Assembly: GCA_051294375.1 (NCBI GenBank)
Contig: CM119263.1
Location: 19,408,304-19,472,303 of the forward strand
Direction of reading: 5' to 3'
DNA length: 64,000 bases
Source: Paraspadella gotoi
Taxonomy: Eukaryota; Animalia; Chaetognatha
The notes beneath the pieces are model-generated. The model was not told the DNA's origin. It did not search any database and was given only the letters and a program-made list of their open reading frames with translations. This document shows positions 37,239-50,898 of this stretch, in pieces. The translations under genes and the position numbers were made by a program. Position 1 is the stretch's first letter, and every line of letters begins with the position of its first letter.

Positions 37239-39466
37239 GATCGGAGAATTTTAAAGCATTTTTTTCCGTTAGATGAGTATAACTCAATTTGAGATGAAAG
37301 AGTTTTGTGGTATATTTTTATTATGCTTTGCAAGAAATTTCTTGATTGCGAGTAGTAAAATTTTAGAAAAAGTACTTTGTTATGTTTTACATGTTTTATA
37401 TCCCTAGCCGTTCATACCTCAATTTGTGACAATAACATATGGTCATTTTTGTTCCAAAATTAGTACAGTACAATTGGGTTCGAGTTAGTCGGTAAAACCA
37501 TCGTATGATTATTGATCTTTTTTTTTAATACTTCTATAATCTATATATAATCTGGTCGTTTAAAACTGGCAAGCATAATTCGGTAATTTATATGTATGAA
37601 TCAGATTTCGTAATCTGATAATTGGTTAAAATTGTAAGATTTTTTTACACACTGTTTAATTTGTAATTGATGTACTAATGTAAAATTTATTTTATGGTGT
37701 TAACTTCTATTATATGAAAACTCATCCTTGTCTCTTGAAAATGCTTTCTCGTATAAAATTTTTCCCCATTATTGTTGTGAGATATTTCTATGAATGTTGT
37801 ATTAAATGTAGTTTCGGATAGTTTCTTTTATTTCTTTTATTTTATTGAGTAAGTCTTTTCAAAATTGATATAAAAGTTAATTAAAGTTGTACAGTTTTTA
37901 GCATCTTGGGCAATAGAATAAATTTTCTCGCTAAAACTTAGCAATGTTCCACAGGAACTGTTCTTTTTATCTTACAAATCTTCAACATTATTGAATTGCA
38001 GACCGTCGCGCCTTCTGCCGTTCAATACTTGAACATTTAAGGTTTTTTTTGTCTTATCTAGAAACGGTGACTGATACTGATATGAAACAGAAAGTATCTT
38101 CGAGCGTATATAACTGATGATCATGTTAATGTTGACACTCGACTGGATGCGTCGAAGACAATTTAATTTGCGAAAGGCAAAGTTTAAAGTTGCCACCTCA
38201 TCATCTGCTGACGGAGATACTATATCTTAAAGAAAATAAAACAAAATTAAAAGGAATACGAATTCTGAACATACAAAAACAAAAAAACAATGACTCCGCA
38301 AATTGTTGAAATACTAAGAAGAACTTAACTATTTTCTTCCGTTACTAAGAAATTCCAAACTCCATAGTTTTCTTTACGGTTTTCTGTTTGCTTTATAAAA
38401 ATTTCTTCTTTAAATTTCTTATTCAAATTTCTTCATAAAATTTCGTCATAACCATCAAAATTATCATCAAGATCAACATCTTTGACATGATTTTAATTTT
38501 TTACATTCACTGGAACATTGGGCAAACAATTGACCAATGTATATTGTAAACTATGTATACGATGTATAGTTATCATTATCTCTACAAAAATCAGAGTAAT
38601 TTTAATTTTTCTCATCATCATCGTCATCATTAATGTTTAAATTCATCACGCACCAATGACATAACCTAAACCATTCACATTTACCTATCATCATCTTCAC
38701 AGTCATCACCGTCAGCATCATCACGGAGGCTATTCACTTCCAACCGAGTATCAGCTGCGGCGGCCGAGGAAATTCACGTGTTTCATCACAGATGAACATA
38801 AACCATCTGAACCGCCTATTTGACTTCCGCGCCTCCTCCTCCTCTTCCTCCTCCTCCATCTCGCACACCTATTGTTTTCAGTCTTTTATTTCCTTCTTTT
38901 TTCCTTCTTCCTTCCTTCTCCCTTCCCTTTCCCTTCTCTTTCCCTCTCGCTTTTTCTTTCCTTCTCATCTCTCTTCTGCCATCCTCTACTTAGTCTTATA
39001 ATTTTTATTTTCTCCTTTTTTTTCCTTTCCTCACTTTCCTCCAGACCCACCAGACAACCGCGCCTTTCCTTTTAGTGAGCCATCTGGTAACAACCCTTGT
39101 CAGGTGCAAGGGAAGTCCGAGTCTGAAGCATCAAACACAAGATTATCGCTGATAACCAATCGAAAACCTAGTTTCTGGTAAAATGATCAGCGACATTGAT
39201 TTAGCAGGAGAGTTCTCAGAGAATCATAGAAATATATTTCAATGTTAGAATTGATCTGATTTAAGGTCAAGTGAATGTTCGAAAGCAGTAAACTTAGTTT
39301 TTCCGCATACCTTGGGTCAATGTCGTTTCTCAATCAATCCATAATTTGAATTTGGCCCCTTTATATGCGTTTTATGCATTTAGTAATTTTCTTTATTGAT
39401 AAATAGTTATTGTATAGTTTTCTTTCATTTCGTTGCGTTTGAATTTAGACGAAAAGTAAGGTAAAT

Positions 39467-40110
39467 AATGAAGAGACAGTAATTATTGTTATATGTTAGT
39501 GACAGAACCGTTCAATATAAGCAGTCCCTGAGCTTCGGATCAGGCTGTAACACCATGTTACAGACGGGTTAAGCGCCCCCCGTCCCTCTTAACTGCGAGG
39601 CAACCACCGGGCTAGAACCCCGGATCTTTGATGTGGGAGGCGAATGACTTGCCTCCGGCACCAATGGCCGCTGATGAATGGTTGGTGGATTTTAGTCTAC
39701 CATACATCCCCCACTCCCGTAGGGAAGAAGTCTGTTGCGTCTCTTCAGTGAATTGTTGTTGTTGGTGGAAAGTACGTCACCAAGTTGAGGCATGTTGCCT
39801 GATGTGTTGTGGGCGGAAAGTGCATCGCCAGGTTGAGGCATGTCGCCTGAAAGTGTTGTTGTTGCTGTTGTGTTCGGAAGTCGGGCTCACCAATGAAGAG
39901 ACAGTGATAATTGTTAGTGACAGAACCGTTCAATATAAGCAGTCCCTGAGCTCCGGATCAGGCTGTAACACCATGTTACAGGCGGGTTAAGCGCCCCGTC
40001 CCTCTTAACTGCAAGGCGGCCACCGGGCTAGATCCCCGGACCTTTGGGTTGGGAGGCGAATGACTTGCCTCCGGCACCAATGGCCGCTGATGAACGGTTG
40101 GTGGATTTTA
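39467..40110 (-). mobile_element. Two tandem ~220-bp tRNA-Gly-derived SINE-like units (39467-39694, 39892-40110)
   Basis: Minus strand GCGGCCA-TTGGTG...TTCGCCTCCCA...CCGGG-G(A/T)TCTAG-CCCGG-TGGCCGC: intact acceptor and T stems in copy 2, CCC anticodon context, degenerate anticodon stem. Confidence 0.65.
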
Positions 40111-41205
40111 TTCCACCATAATAATAATATATTTAGAAACAACGATGACATTAGAGATCGGACATGCTTCGGCTTGTAAATAAAAAAGCCGAAACATGTC
40201 CGATCTCTAACTCTATTCACTATTTGTACTATGCTTAAAAAATAATAAATTTTAAGAGAGTTAGTAGACTGTAATCAATGAGTGAGACCAACGTCAAATG
40301 AATTCCATCGCTCGACAACGTTGCCCGATAAATCGTCGACTGAATGCACCTGATCCTCCAGTGAGTAACTGACGTGAACTTTTATTCGTTCCGATCCCAG
40401 CGGACGGAAGCAAACTTATCTAATCAAAGGAACATGCTTCGTATCGCTGTCTTCCTTATTATTTGATTGTCAACTTCAGTTAATACATCGCTGTAATACA
40501 TAGTAAATGTCGCTTGGAAATTTTATCAAAAATTAATATTTATACGATTCCAAGTATTCGAACTGAGTTAAAACCCTTTGAAACAAATACTGAGTTTAAA
40601 TTTCTAATAAAAATAGTTTGTATATTTTCGCCAAAAATTCCTGTGAAAATTATTCAAATTAAGTATATATATTAGTTTCCGTCGTACAATTAGTAGAGTG
40701 TACCGCGTATACAATATACGGTAGATAAGTGGCATTGCCATCAGTTGGCGTCGGTCGTAGACGTTTTCCGTCGCAGCTGTTCAAGGCTCCGTCGACGCGA
40801 GGATCCGGAACTCCGCCCACAGCTGCAACACGTCCAAGACCTTTCTCTCATTTTCTTTTTTATCATGTTGTCTTCGACGTTGTCGCTGATGGCCTTGCTA
40901 CGGGGTGTCATGCTTAATGCTTATTGTGGGTGATGTGCCTCATTGCCTAGATTCTGCTTCTCACATTCTTTGGAATTTAGAAAAAGCTGCAAAAACATTT
41001 ATGGAAGAAAATATCGACATTTTTTTTCGGGATAAATTTTCAACAAAAATGGCCGATAAGAATAAGAAAAAGATAATATCGAAGAAAGAAAAAAGGATTA
41101 AAAAAATAAAGATGAAGAAAAATTTTGAAAGAAAGAAAGAAAGAAAGAAAGAAGGAAAGAAAGAAAGAAAGAAGGAAAAAAAGAAAGAAAGAAAGAAAGA
41201 AAGAA

Positions 41206-41279
<74 letters not shown>

Positions 41280-41680
41280 AAAAAAATATAAAAAGTAGAA
41301 ACCAAAAAAAAAAAGAAATTTGCTGGCGGTGATTGGCGGACCATCTGTCGCGACGCCAGCGGACTACCATATGTCAGACAGAGAGAGAGAGAGACAGGAG
41401 CATTAGAGAAAAAGTCGAGAAAATGGGAGAGACGGAAAGACAGAGAGAGAGAGGGGGGGGGTTAACTTAGGAAAATGGGGATGGAAGCTGGAAGTTAGAC
41501 AGAAACGGTGAAGAGTGAAAAGAGATGGAGGCACGAATCGAAAAAGACAAGGATGTGCGACGGGAAAGCGGAAAAAAGAGCAACCACAGCTGTTCTTTTT
41601 ATAGAGAAGAAAAAAGTCTTGCGGAGGTTTTGTTTTAGAAGAGGAAGGGGGAAATAATGGTATTTTTAATGAGAAAAAAA

Positions 41681-41761
<81 letters not shown>

Positions 41762-44450
41762 TCAGAGATGATTACATTTTTTACCTATTTACCTCGTTTT
41801 TAAAAAGTCTTGGAATCTCCGATGAGGTCGCCATCGTCTGGACAATACCTCTGAAACAAAAGTCAACATGAATCGTTCCGACCGAATACTTCCATCGCTG
41901 TCTCTCTCAGATTCTGGAGACTGGAATGTTAAAATTAGAAAGAGGAACAAAATCGCGACATTTTATACCCGCAAAGTCACAGAAGTGACGTGGCATTAAA
42001 AAAAGACTCTCTTTTGTTCAACGAAATAAAAAAGTTCATCGGGAGTTACCGAGTCGTCGTCGTCGTCGCGATTTTCGTTTTCGTTTTACATAAAATAAAA
42101 AGAAAGGCTTGCGTTGCTTTTCTGTTTTTCGTTCCAGAAGCAGCTGAGGACATCTGCCTCGTTATCTGCTATCGTTGGCTCAATTGACGCCGCTTGTCCA
42201 CGCCACTGACGCAGTTCGGCTATACTACAGCTGTACTACAGCCAATAGAATACGTTTTTTTTATCTCAATCAGAGACACACGTCACTTAGCTATGAAAAA
42301 ATGGATAGAGATATTATAAAGAATGATGTGTGATCGTTTGCGAAATAGAACCACTGGTACTCCTGGGCTATTGAATTGACTGGCGGAACTGACGCGATGG
42401 CGCAGCAATCGGCGTGACTCAGATGGAGAATCGGTCGCAGGTGGCGCAGGTGTCGGGAGAAATGAAGCCATCGATTCGTTTCTCCGCCTGAAAATCTATT
42501 AACTGAAAGTCGGAGCAACAATAAACCGGGATCCAAGATCGATTCCCGACCTTCCGCTCCGCTGTGTATTAATTTTTTTTCTTCTGTTGCATCGGAAATT
42601 AATTAACTTCTGGAGACCCTGATTTGTTTTTTAGTTCGTATATATATACTATATTCGTATGCCTTTATTCTGGCCCATGTGGAATATGCAAGTTCAGTTT
42701 ATAAGTTTTTTCATAAATGAAATAAATGTTTTTTTACCTTTTTTCGACTATTCAGAAGAATAAAATTTGAAAATTTACTATTTAATTNNNNNNNNNNNNN
42801 NNNNNNNNNNNNGGCCGCTGATGAACGGTTGGTGGATTTTATTCCACCATAATAATAATATATTTAGAAACAACGATGACATTAGAGATCGGACATGCTT
42901 CGGCTTGTAAATAAAAAAGCCGAAACATGTCCGATCTCTAACTCTATTCACTATTTGTACTATGCTTAAAAAATAATAAATTTTAAGAGAGTTAGTAGAC
43001 TGTAATCAATGAGTGAGACCAACGTCAAATGAATTCCATCGCTCGACAACGTTGCCCGATAAATCGTCGACTGAATGCACCTGATCCTCCAGTGAGTAAC
43101 TGACGTGAACTTTTATTCGTTCCGATCCCAGCGGACGGAAGCGAACTTATCTAATCAAAGGAACATGCTTCGTATCGCTGTCTTCCTTATTATTTGATTG
43201 TCAACTTCAGTTAATACATCGCTGTAATACATAGTAAATGTCGCTTGGAAATTTTATCAAAAATTAATATTTATACGATTCCAAGTATTCGAACTGAGTT
43301 AAAACCCTTTGAAACAAATACTGAGTTTAAATTTCTAATAAAAATAGTTTGTATATTTTCGCCAAAAATTCCTGTGAAAATTATTCAAATTAAGTATATA
43401 TATTAGTTTCCGTACAAAAATTAGTAGAGTGTACCGCGTATACAATATACGGTAGATAAGTGGCATTGCCATCAGTTGGCGTCGGTCGTAGACGTTTTCC
43501 GTCGCAGCTGTTCAAGGCTCCGTCGACGCGAGGATCCGGAACTCCGCCCACAGCTGCAACACGTCCAAGACCTTTCTCTCATTTTCTTTTTTATCATGTT
43601 GTCTTCGACGTTGTCGCTGATGGCCTTGCTACGGGTGTCATGCTTAATGCTTATTGTGGGTGATGTGCCTCATTGCCTAGATTCTGCTTCTCACATTCTT
43701 TGGAATTTAGAAAAAGCTGCAAAAACATTTATGGAAGAAAATATCGACATTTTTTTTCGGGATAAATTTTCAACAAAAATGGCCGATAAGAATAAGAAAA
43801 AGATAATATCGAAGAAAGAAAAAAGGATTAAAAAAATAAAGATGAAGAAAAATTTTGAAAGAAAGAAAGAAAGAAAGAAAGAAGAAAAGAAAAGAAGGAA
43901 AGAAAGAAAAGAAAGAAAGAGAAAGGAAAGAAAAGAAAAGAAAGAAAGAAAGAAAAGAAAGAAAGAAAAGAAAGAAAGAAAGAAAGAAAGAAGAAAGAAG
44001 AAAAAGAAAAAAGAAAGAAAGAAAGAAAGAAGAAAAAAGAAAGAAAGAAAGAAATATAAAAAAGTAAGAAACAAAAAAAAAAAGAAATTTGCTGGCGGTG
44101 ATTGGCGGACCATCTGTCGCGACGCCAGCGGACTACCATATGTCAGACAGAGAGAGAGAGAGACAGGAGCATTAGAGAAAAAGTCGAGAAAATGGGAGAG
44201 ACGGAAAGACAGAGATGAGAGGGGGGGGGTTAACTTAGGAAAATGGGGATGGAAGCTGGAAGTTAGACAGAAACGGTTGAAGAGTGAAAAAGAGATGGAG
44301 GCACGAATCGAAAAAGACAAGGATGTGCGACGGGAAAGCGGAAAAAAGAGCAACCACAGCTGTTCTTTTATAGAGAAGAAAAAAGTCTTGCGGAGGTTTT
44401 GTTTTTAGAAGAGGAAGGGGGGAAATAATGGTATTTTTAATGAGAAAAAA

Positions 44451-44495
<45 letters not shown>

Positions 44496-45524
44496 TCAGA
44501 GATGATTACATTTTTTACCTATTTACCTCGTTTTTAAAAAGTCTTGGAATCTCCGATTGAGGTCGCCATCGTCTGGACAATACCTCTGAAACAAAAGTCA
44601 ACATGAATCGTTCCGACCGAATACTTCCATCGTGTCTCTCTCAGATTCTGGAGACTGGAATGTTAAAATTAGAAAGAGGAACAAAATCGCGACATTTTAT
44701 ACCCGCAAAGTCACAGAAGTGACGTGGCATTGAAAAAAGACTCTCTTTTGTTCAACGAAATAAAAAAGTTCATCGGGAGTTACCGAGTCGTCGTCGTCGT
44801 CGCGATTTTCGTTTTCGTTTTACATAAAATAAAAAGAAAAGGCTTGCGTTGCTTTTCTGTTTTTCGTTCCAGAAGCAGCTGAGGACATCTGCCTCGTTAT
44901 CTGCTATCGTTGGCTCAATTGACGCCGCTTGTCACGCCACTGACGCAGTTCGGCTATACTACAGCTGTACTACAGCCAATAGAATACGTTTTTTTTATCT
45001 CAATCAGAGACACACGTCACTTAGCTATGAAAAAAATGGATAGAGATATTATAAAGAATGATGTGTGATCGTTTTGCGAAATAGAACCACTGGTACTCCT
45101 GGGCTATTGAATTGACTGGCGGAACTGACGCGATGGCGCAGCAATCGGCGTGACTCAGATGGAGAATCGGTCGCAGGTGGCGCAGGTGTCGGGAGAAAAT
45201 GAAGCCATCGATTCGTTTCTCCGCCTGAAAATCTATTAACTGAAAGTCGGAGCAACAATAAACCGGGATCCAAGATCGATTCCCGACCTTCCGCTCCGCT
45301 GTGTATTAATTTTTTTTCTTCTGTTGCATCGGAAATTAATTAACTTCTGGAGACCCTGATTTGTTTTTTAGTTCGTATATATATACTATATTCGTATGCC
45401 TTTATTCTGGCCCATGTGGAATATGCAAGTTCAGTTTATAAGTTTTTTCATAAATGAAATAAATGTTTTTTTACCTTTTTTCGACTATTCAGAAGAATAA
45501 AATTTGAAAATTTACTATTTAATT
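40082..45524. repeat. 2.7-kb tandem duplication (40082-42787 vs 42813-45524) split by a 25-N gap; probable gap-fill artefact
   Basis: Near-identical copies differing by indels and microsatellite length; gap 42788-42812 is exactly 25 N. Confidence 0.85.
40151..40210. repeat. 25-bp-arm hairpin containing the 3' half of the same hammerhead motif (second copy at ~42882-42941)
   Basis: ttagagatcggacatgcttcggctt-loop-aagccgaaacatgtccgatctctaa; shares AAGCCGAAACATGTCC with 34638-34653. Confidence 0.7.
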
Positions 45525-45622
45525 TCGACAGTCAGACTTTTGTTTTTAAAAATAGTTGATAACGAAAAGACTTACGAATTATAGAAAAAAATAAAACATC
45601 TGTTTATAATATAAACATCGGC

Positions 45623-45944
45623 ATGGTCTCGAACGAGGCGGCCATTTTGTTCTTAGCCTCGCCTCCTCTCGACGAAGCGTCGGTCCAAGTGGAGATGTCG
45701 TCGGACAACAACCGACGCCCTCTGCCGTCGTCGCTGGAATCTAGCATCGGCGACGTCTGGCGGACGAGAGTCGCGGAAAATCCCAAACTCTGGAACGGGT
45801 CGAAGTTTCGACTGAAGAGAATCGAAAGGCGAGTTGAAAAGCGTCGTGGAAATGAACAAATTTATCTTTTTTTTTCAACAAACGATTTGATCGAAAAATA
45901 AAGTCATCGATTGTGGAAGTGAATCCACCGGCACAGAATGAACA

Positions 45945-46037
<93 letters not shown>

Positions 46038-47417
46038 TCTCCGTTCCCTCACTCGTTGTAACACTGACCTTACCTTATTCTATTGTTAATTCTTTGCCGA
46101 TGGATTCACCTCCACACGATACTTTGTTTCCAGCTCCGCGATCGGCGCGCGACTTTCTCTGGGAATCACGAATTATCGCGATTATTTGGGGACGAATTGG
46201 AGTCACAGAATCGGGGAGATGAAAGAATTCGGGAGGAAGAACTTTGCCGATGAGCAGGTGGTCCTTTGCAGAACCATATTATTAAATTTGTTTTTATAGT
46301 TTTTTCCATAAATTATGCTGTCATTTATTTTTTTCAGATTTTTACTGACATTTAGGTATTTGAAACTAAAATTATTATTCATTCCTAAAAGTCAATGGGT
46401 AACCAAAAAACAAAAACCTTCAACCACTTCTTAAATTTTGTTTCTACTAATATACTAATTAACTTAACATTTGTTTAACAATATTTCATTGTATTGAAAC
46501 TCTAGGCTTGTCTGGCAGATCCTCTGGGCGTCAGCGCTTTCCTCATCTCGGAGGACGACGACGTCGTTTTCATGCGCAGAAGCGACTCATGCGCGGAGGC
46601 GCAGGTTGATCCCAAAACCAGCGTCTCACTCTCGCCTTCGCAATCACTGATGTTCTTGCCTTTGCCTCACAGGGTCTTCTCGACTTGCCTGGCGGACACC
46701 CCGAGCCTTCCTCCATTCTCGGCGACGTTGAGATCGACGTCGCGAAATTCGATCCGAAAAACTTAAAACCCGACGTGGTGAGGGCCGAAGTCTTTCAGTC
46801 AATCCTGAAGGAGATCAGGTTGCGTTGGTTGCCGTCTTGAAACCAATTATTAGTCAAAGATTTAAATAATTCCTTTCTGCAGATCTCTCGAAAAAACTTT
46901 TCCTGTCAATTTTAAATAATTTTACAGAGATGAGATAAACCTCCCCATATCCGTCCTCTCTCGGCCTCAACTTATGGGCGTGGCCTCTAACTTCGCTTCC
47001 GGTTCTCGCTGCTCCATACAGTTTCACGTCGCGACGCGCCTCTCGACGCCGGAAATTCAGCGGCTCTACTCGTCGGCGACGCAGGCGGAAGCTGACGAGT
47101 CGACCGGCGTCGTTTTTGTGCCGCGACAGCGTATTCTGCGCCTGGGGAGAGAAGCGATGGCGAGGGGAGCGAAAGCGGAAGGAGCGGAAGCGAAAGCGGG
47201 AGGAGCGGAAGCGAAAGCGGGAGGAGCGGAAGCGAAAGCGGGAGGAGCGGAAGAGACCGAGGCCGTAAAGAAAGGAGCTCAGGAGTCTTGGTTGGAGATG
47301 ACGGAATTAAAATCGAGTGAAGAGAGTGACGCTGACTTATGGCGCCAATTGGCGCCCAACGCTAAAGGTGGCGTCATGATCGCCGCTCAAACTCTAGCGA
47401 AAAATTTAAATCAATAA
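45623..47417 (+). CDS. NUDT22: Nudix hydrolase 22 (UDP-glucose pyrophosphatase-like), ~354 aa. Exons 45623-45828, 46134-46257, 46506-46604, 46673-46818, 46928-47417
   Basis: W..RV..NP.LWNGSKFRL, LGITNYRDYLGTNWS, LADPLGV, RRS..CAEAQGLLDLPGGHPEP, EVFQSILKEIRDEINLP, AEADEST, LAPNAKGG; intron 1 is GC-AG. Confidence 0.92.
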
Positions 47418-49012
47418 CGGTTGTGCTAGATTATTTGCATAGTTCAATTGTGTTTCATTGCTCATTATTGCTTAATGTTTAAATTTTAACATTTTATTGA
47501 ACGTCGATCTTTTAACAGATTTGCTATCGGAATAAACTTTTTTTTTCTCGTGACATGAGTAAATTACTCAGCCTCCTAGAGTAAAAAATAGGAGAAAAAT
47601 TTTGGCAGTAAAATGAGAAACGCGTCACTGTATCAGTATAGGACATCGACATCCTGACGCAAATGGAACCATTGTTTCCATCTTCTTGGAAGCTGATTGG
47701 TTGATTCCAACGACTCTATCAAGCAAGAAAGAGAGAGCTTTTGCCACTTGAATCTTTTTGCTTTCACGATCCGTGCATTAATATTTAATTTATTTATCTA
47801 CCCAAGTTTCTTTCACTTTCCCGATCTTCCCAGCATCACCATCACTTTGAAACCATCCCTTAGTCACTCGCTTTTCTCTTTAATCCCTTCCAACCTTTCC
47901 TCCTTTCCTCCACCCGTTATCTTTTCTCTTTTCTCGTTTCCATCAATCCCCTCCTTTCCTTCACTCGGGGTCCTCACCCGCCTCTACCCCCCACCCTCCC
48001 GGATTAGTTCTCCCGAAGGTGTTTTCTCGCCGCAGCTGGCCTTTCTTGCGAAGTCATTGGTTCCGTCGTCGTCGGCGTCGCCTCCGCGCCATCTGTCGCT
48101 CGCCACCTGCTCGCTTCCTTCGGCCGAAGGTTTTTTTGAGGTTTCGACGCGATGACGTCTCTCAACCGGAAAAGGAACGCGTCGGATTGGTGGGCGTGGA
48201 AGGAGGATGACGGGCATATATGGATTTTGATTGGAAATTCGTTAATTCGACTCGAGATTTTTGATTCGTTTTAATTTCAGTGTTGTATTAAGAAAGAATA
48301 AATATGAGGTGAGGAAAATTCGTACAAATTCATAAAAATACTTATGAATCTAGATGTCTTTATAACAAATCAAGAAAAAAATATATGAAGTCAATGTAAA
48401 TAATCAAGAGTGAACATGATATAATACAAAAAACAGAAGAAAAAAAAACCCTTCACGTCTGGAATATTCTGACTTATCAGTAATCAATAATATGTCATGG
48501 ATAAATCATTGGTTATCATGTTTTATTAATATTTGAACAACAAATGCCTAAATTGCCAATACGCTTGGCAAGGCTTCGAATTGACGGAATGGTTTCCACG
48601 ACATGAAGAATCCATTAAAGATTACAGGCGTCACGTGATCGTTGTTAGGCGACGTGTTGACGTCATGTCGTCGGATGCTTTTAAACTTTTTTTGCGGCTC
48701 CGAACGAGATTTAAAAAAATATATTCACTGGGAGAGGGAGAGGGAGAGCGAGAGAGAGAGAAAGAGAGAGAGAGAGACGCAGCCGCCGTCGGTACTGAAA
48801 TGAATTTGAATAAAACTTTGAAACTTCTCTACTTCCTTTCTCCCTTCTATCCCTTATGCCCTTTATTTTTTTTTATTCCCTTTATTCTTCCTTTCCTAAC
48901 TTTTCTCTTTTTTTTTCTCAGTTTTTATTTCTGAAATGAAAGTCATTTTGAATTTCTTCTCGATTCCATCGCCAGATGAGACCCAACCATCCATGCATCA
49001 CCCAACCTCATT

Positions 49013-49076
<64 letters not shown>

Positions 49077-49323
49077 ATTTTCTCTCATAGTTTCTTTTCT
49101 CCATTGCCACTTTTTCTCCTTTCTCTATATCTCTGCTTTCTGTTAAGCCCCAATCCGGTCTATCTATTTTTTTTCAATCTCGTTAATAATAATATAGTCC
49201 GTATCCTTTGATCTCTTTTTTCATTTGTTTTCTTAAAATAAAAAAGTCAATTTTCTTTCTTCTCCAGCCTTGAAGGGAGTCTGCGCCTGATGTTTTTTCC
49301 GACATATTTTTGTCGCCGTTTAC

Positions 49324-49354
<31 letters not shown>

Positions 49355-49867
49355 CCTCCTCTCTCTCTCTCTCTCTTAACATCACCATCATCTCCGTCGT
49401 CGATATCATCATCATCACCATGATCAACACAGATATTCCTCCGCCCTCTTCCCCCCGTTCAATTTATTTGCCTCCATTTATTTTTTTCAGACTTTTCCAT
49501 TTTTCTACTCCATAATTTTTGATTTAACATATAATTTCTTTTCTTTTTATGTCATTCCTCCTCTTCCTCCTTTTTTATTTTTTGCGGTCAGCGACGCTAT
49601 ACGCTGAGTGGAAAAGCGAAACCACTTAATTTTCCTTTCTTCTCTTCTCTTCTCTTCTCTTCTCTTCAATTTCATTTAGCGATTAACTCCTTCCATTTCG
49701 ACGACAGCGCCCTCCCGCCGCGCCCAAGCGAACCTCTACGGCGTTTAAAACTTTGCCCAAATCTCTCGTTAACTCCGGTCTGACCACGGACAACTCTCCT
49801 CCCCTTTCTTGTTTTTTCCCGCCATTTGTGAATGAATATTTCAATTATAAACATAAACTCTCTCAGG

Positions 49868-49945
<78 letters not shown>

Positions 49946-50216
49946 CCTCTCTTAACCTAACCAAGCAATCACCCTTCCACCGCCGCCCGGGATTTTTCTC
50001 GGGGCCCTCATCGTCGTTCGTCGCGTCGTCATCGCCCCGCTTCTGCGTTCACAGGTGGCCAAGCTAATACTTCATTTGCTAATTTGCATTTTGGCTCCGA
50101 CGGCATCGGTGCCTCTGCCCGCTTCCAACTCTCCGCCGCCTTCGCCTTTTATGTCGTCCACCTCCACCGCCGTCTCCTCTCCCCTTCCCATCCCAGAGTT
50201 TCCCGTCGTTTTTTGC

Positions 50217-50296
<80 letters not shown>

Positions 50297-50455
50297 CCCG
50301 ACGCGCCCAGCTGTGCGTGCGCTCTCTTCCGCGTTTAGCGGCCGAGATGACAAAAGGCACTGCGACCGTGCGTCGTCGCATTGCGATGCGCGTGAGCTTT
50401 GAAGGGGGTGAAGAGAGAGAGAGGAAGAGGAGAGAGAGAGAGAGAGGAGCAGAGA

Positions 50456-50488
<33 letters not shown>

Positions 50489-50641
50489 GAGAGAGAGAAA
50501 GAGAGGTTTCTGTGTGTGTGTGTGATCTCGCGTGCGTCGTCGTCGTCGTCTGCGTGCGGGCGCATAGCGCGAGCTGAAAGACGAAAAGCGCGTGCGAGAA
50601 ACGGGAGATGCAACGAGCGTGCACGCGAAAATACGGAGAGG

Positions 50642-50898
50642 NNNNNNNNNNNNNNNNNNNNNNNNNNNNNNNNNNNNNNNNNNNNNNNNNNNNNNNNNNN
50701 NNNNNNNNNNNNNNNNNNNNNNNNNNNNNNNNNNNNNNNNNNNNNNNNNNNNNNNNNNNNNNNNNNNNNNNNNNNNNNNNNNNNNNNNNNNNNNNNNNNN
50801 NNNNNNNNNNNNNNNNNNNNNNNNNNNNNNNNNNNNNNNNNNNNNNNNNNNNNNNNNNNNNNNNNNNNNNNNNNNNNNNNNNNNNNNNNNNNNNNNNN
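50642..50898. other. Assembly gap (257 N)
   Basis: Run of N. Confidence 1.

Noticed and set aside
39599-40087. Functional tRNA-Gly genes
   Set aside because: Anticodon stem unpaired and T-loop degenerate; better explained as SINE-like heads.
43476-44408. 310-aa Lys/Glu/Arg-rich ORF and similar SLSL/ERER ORFs throughout the track
   Set aside because: Translations of (AAAG)n and (AG)n microsatellites.
40082-45524. Recent tandem segmental duplication
   Set aside because: Both copies meet exactly at a 25-N gap and differ by read-error-type indels; needs read depth to be believed.
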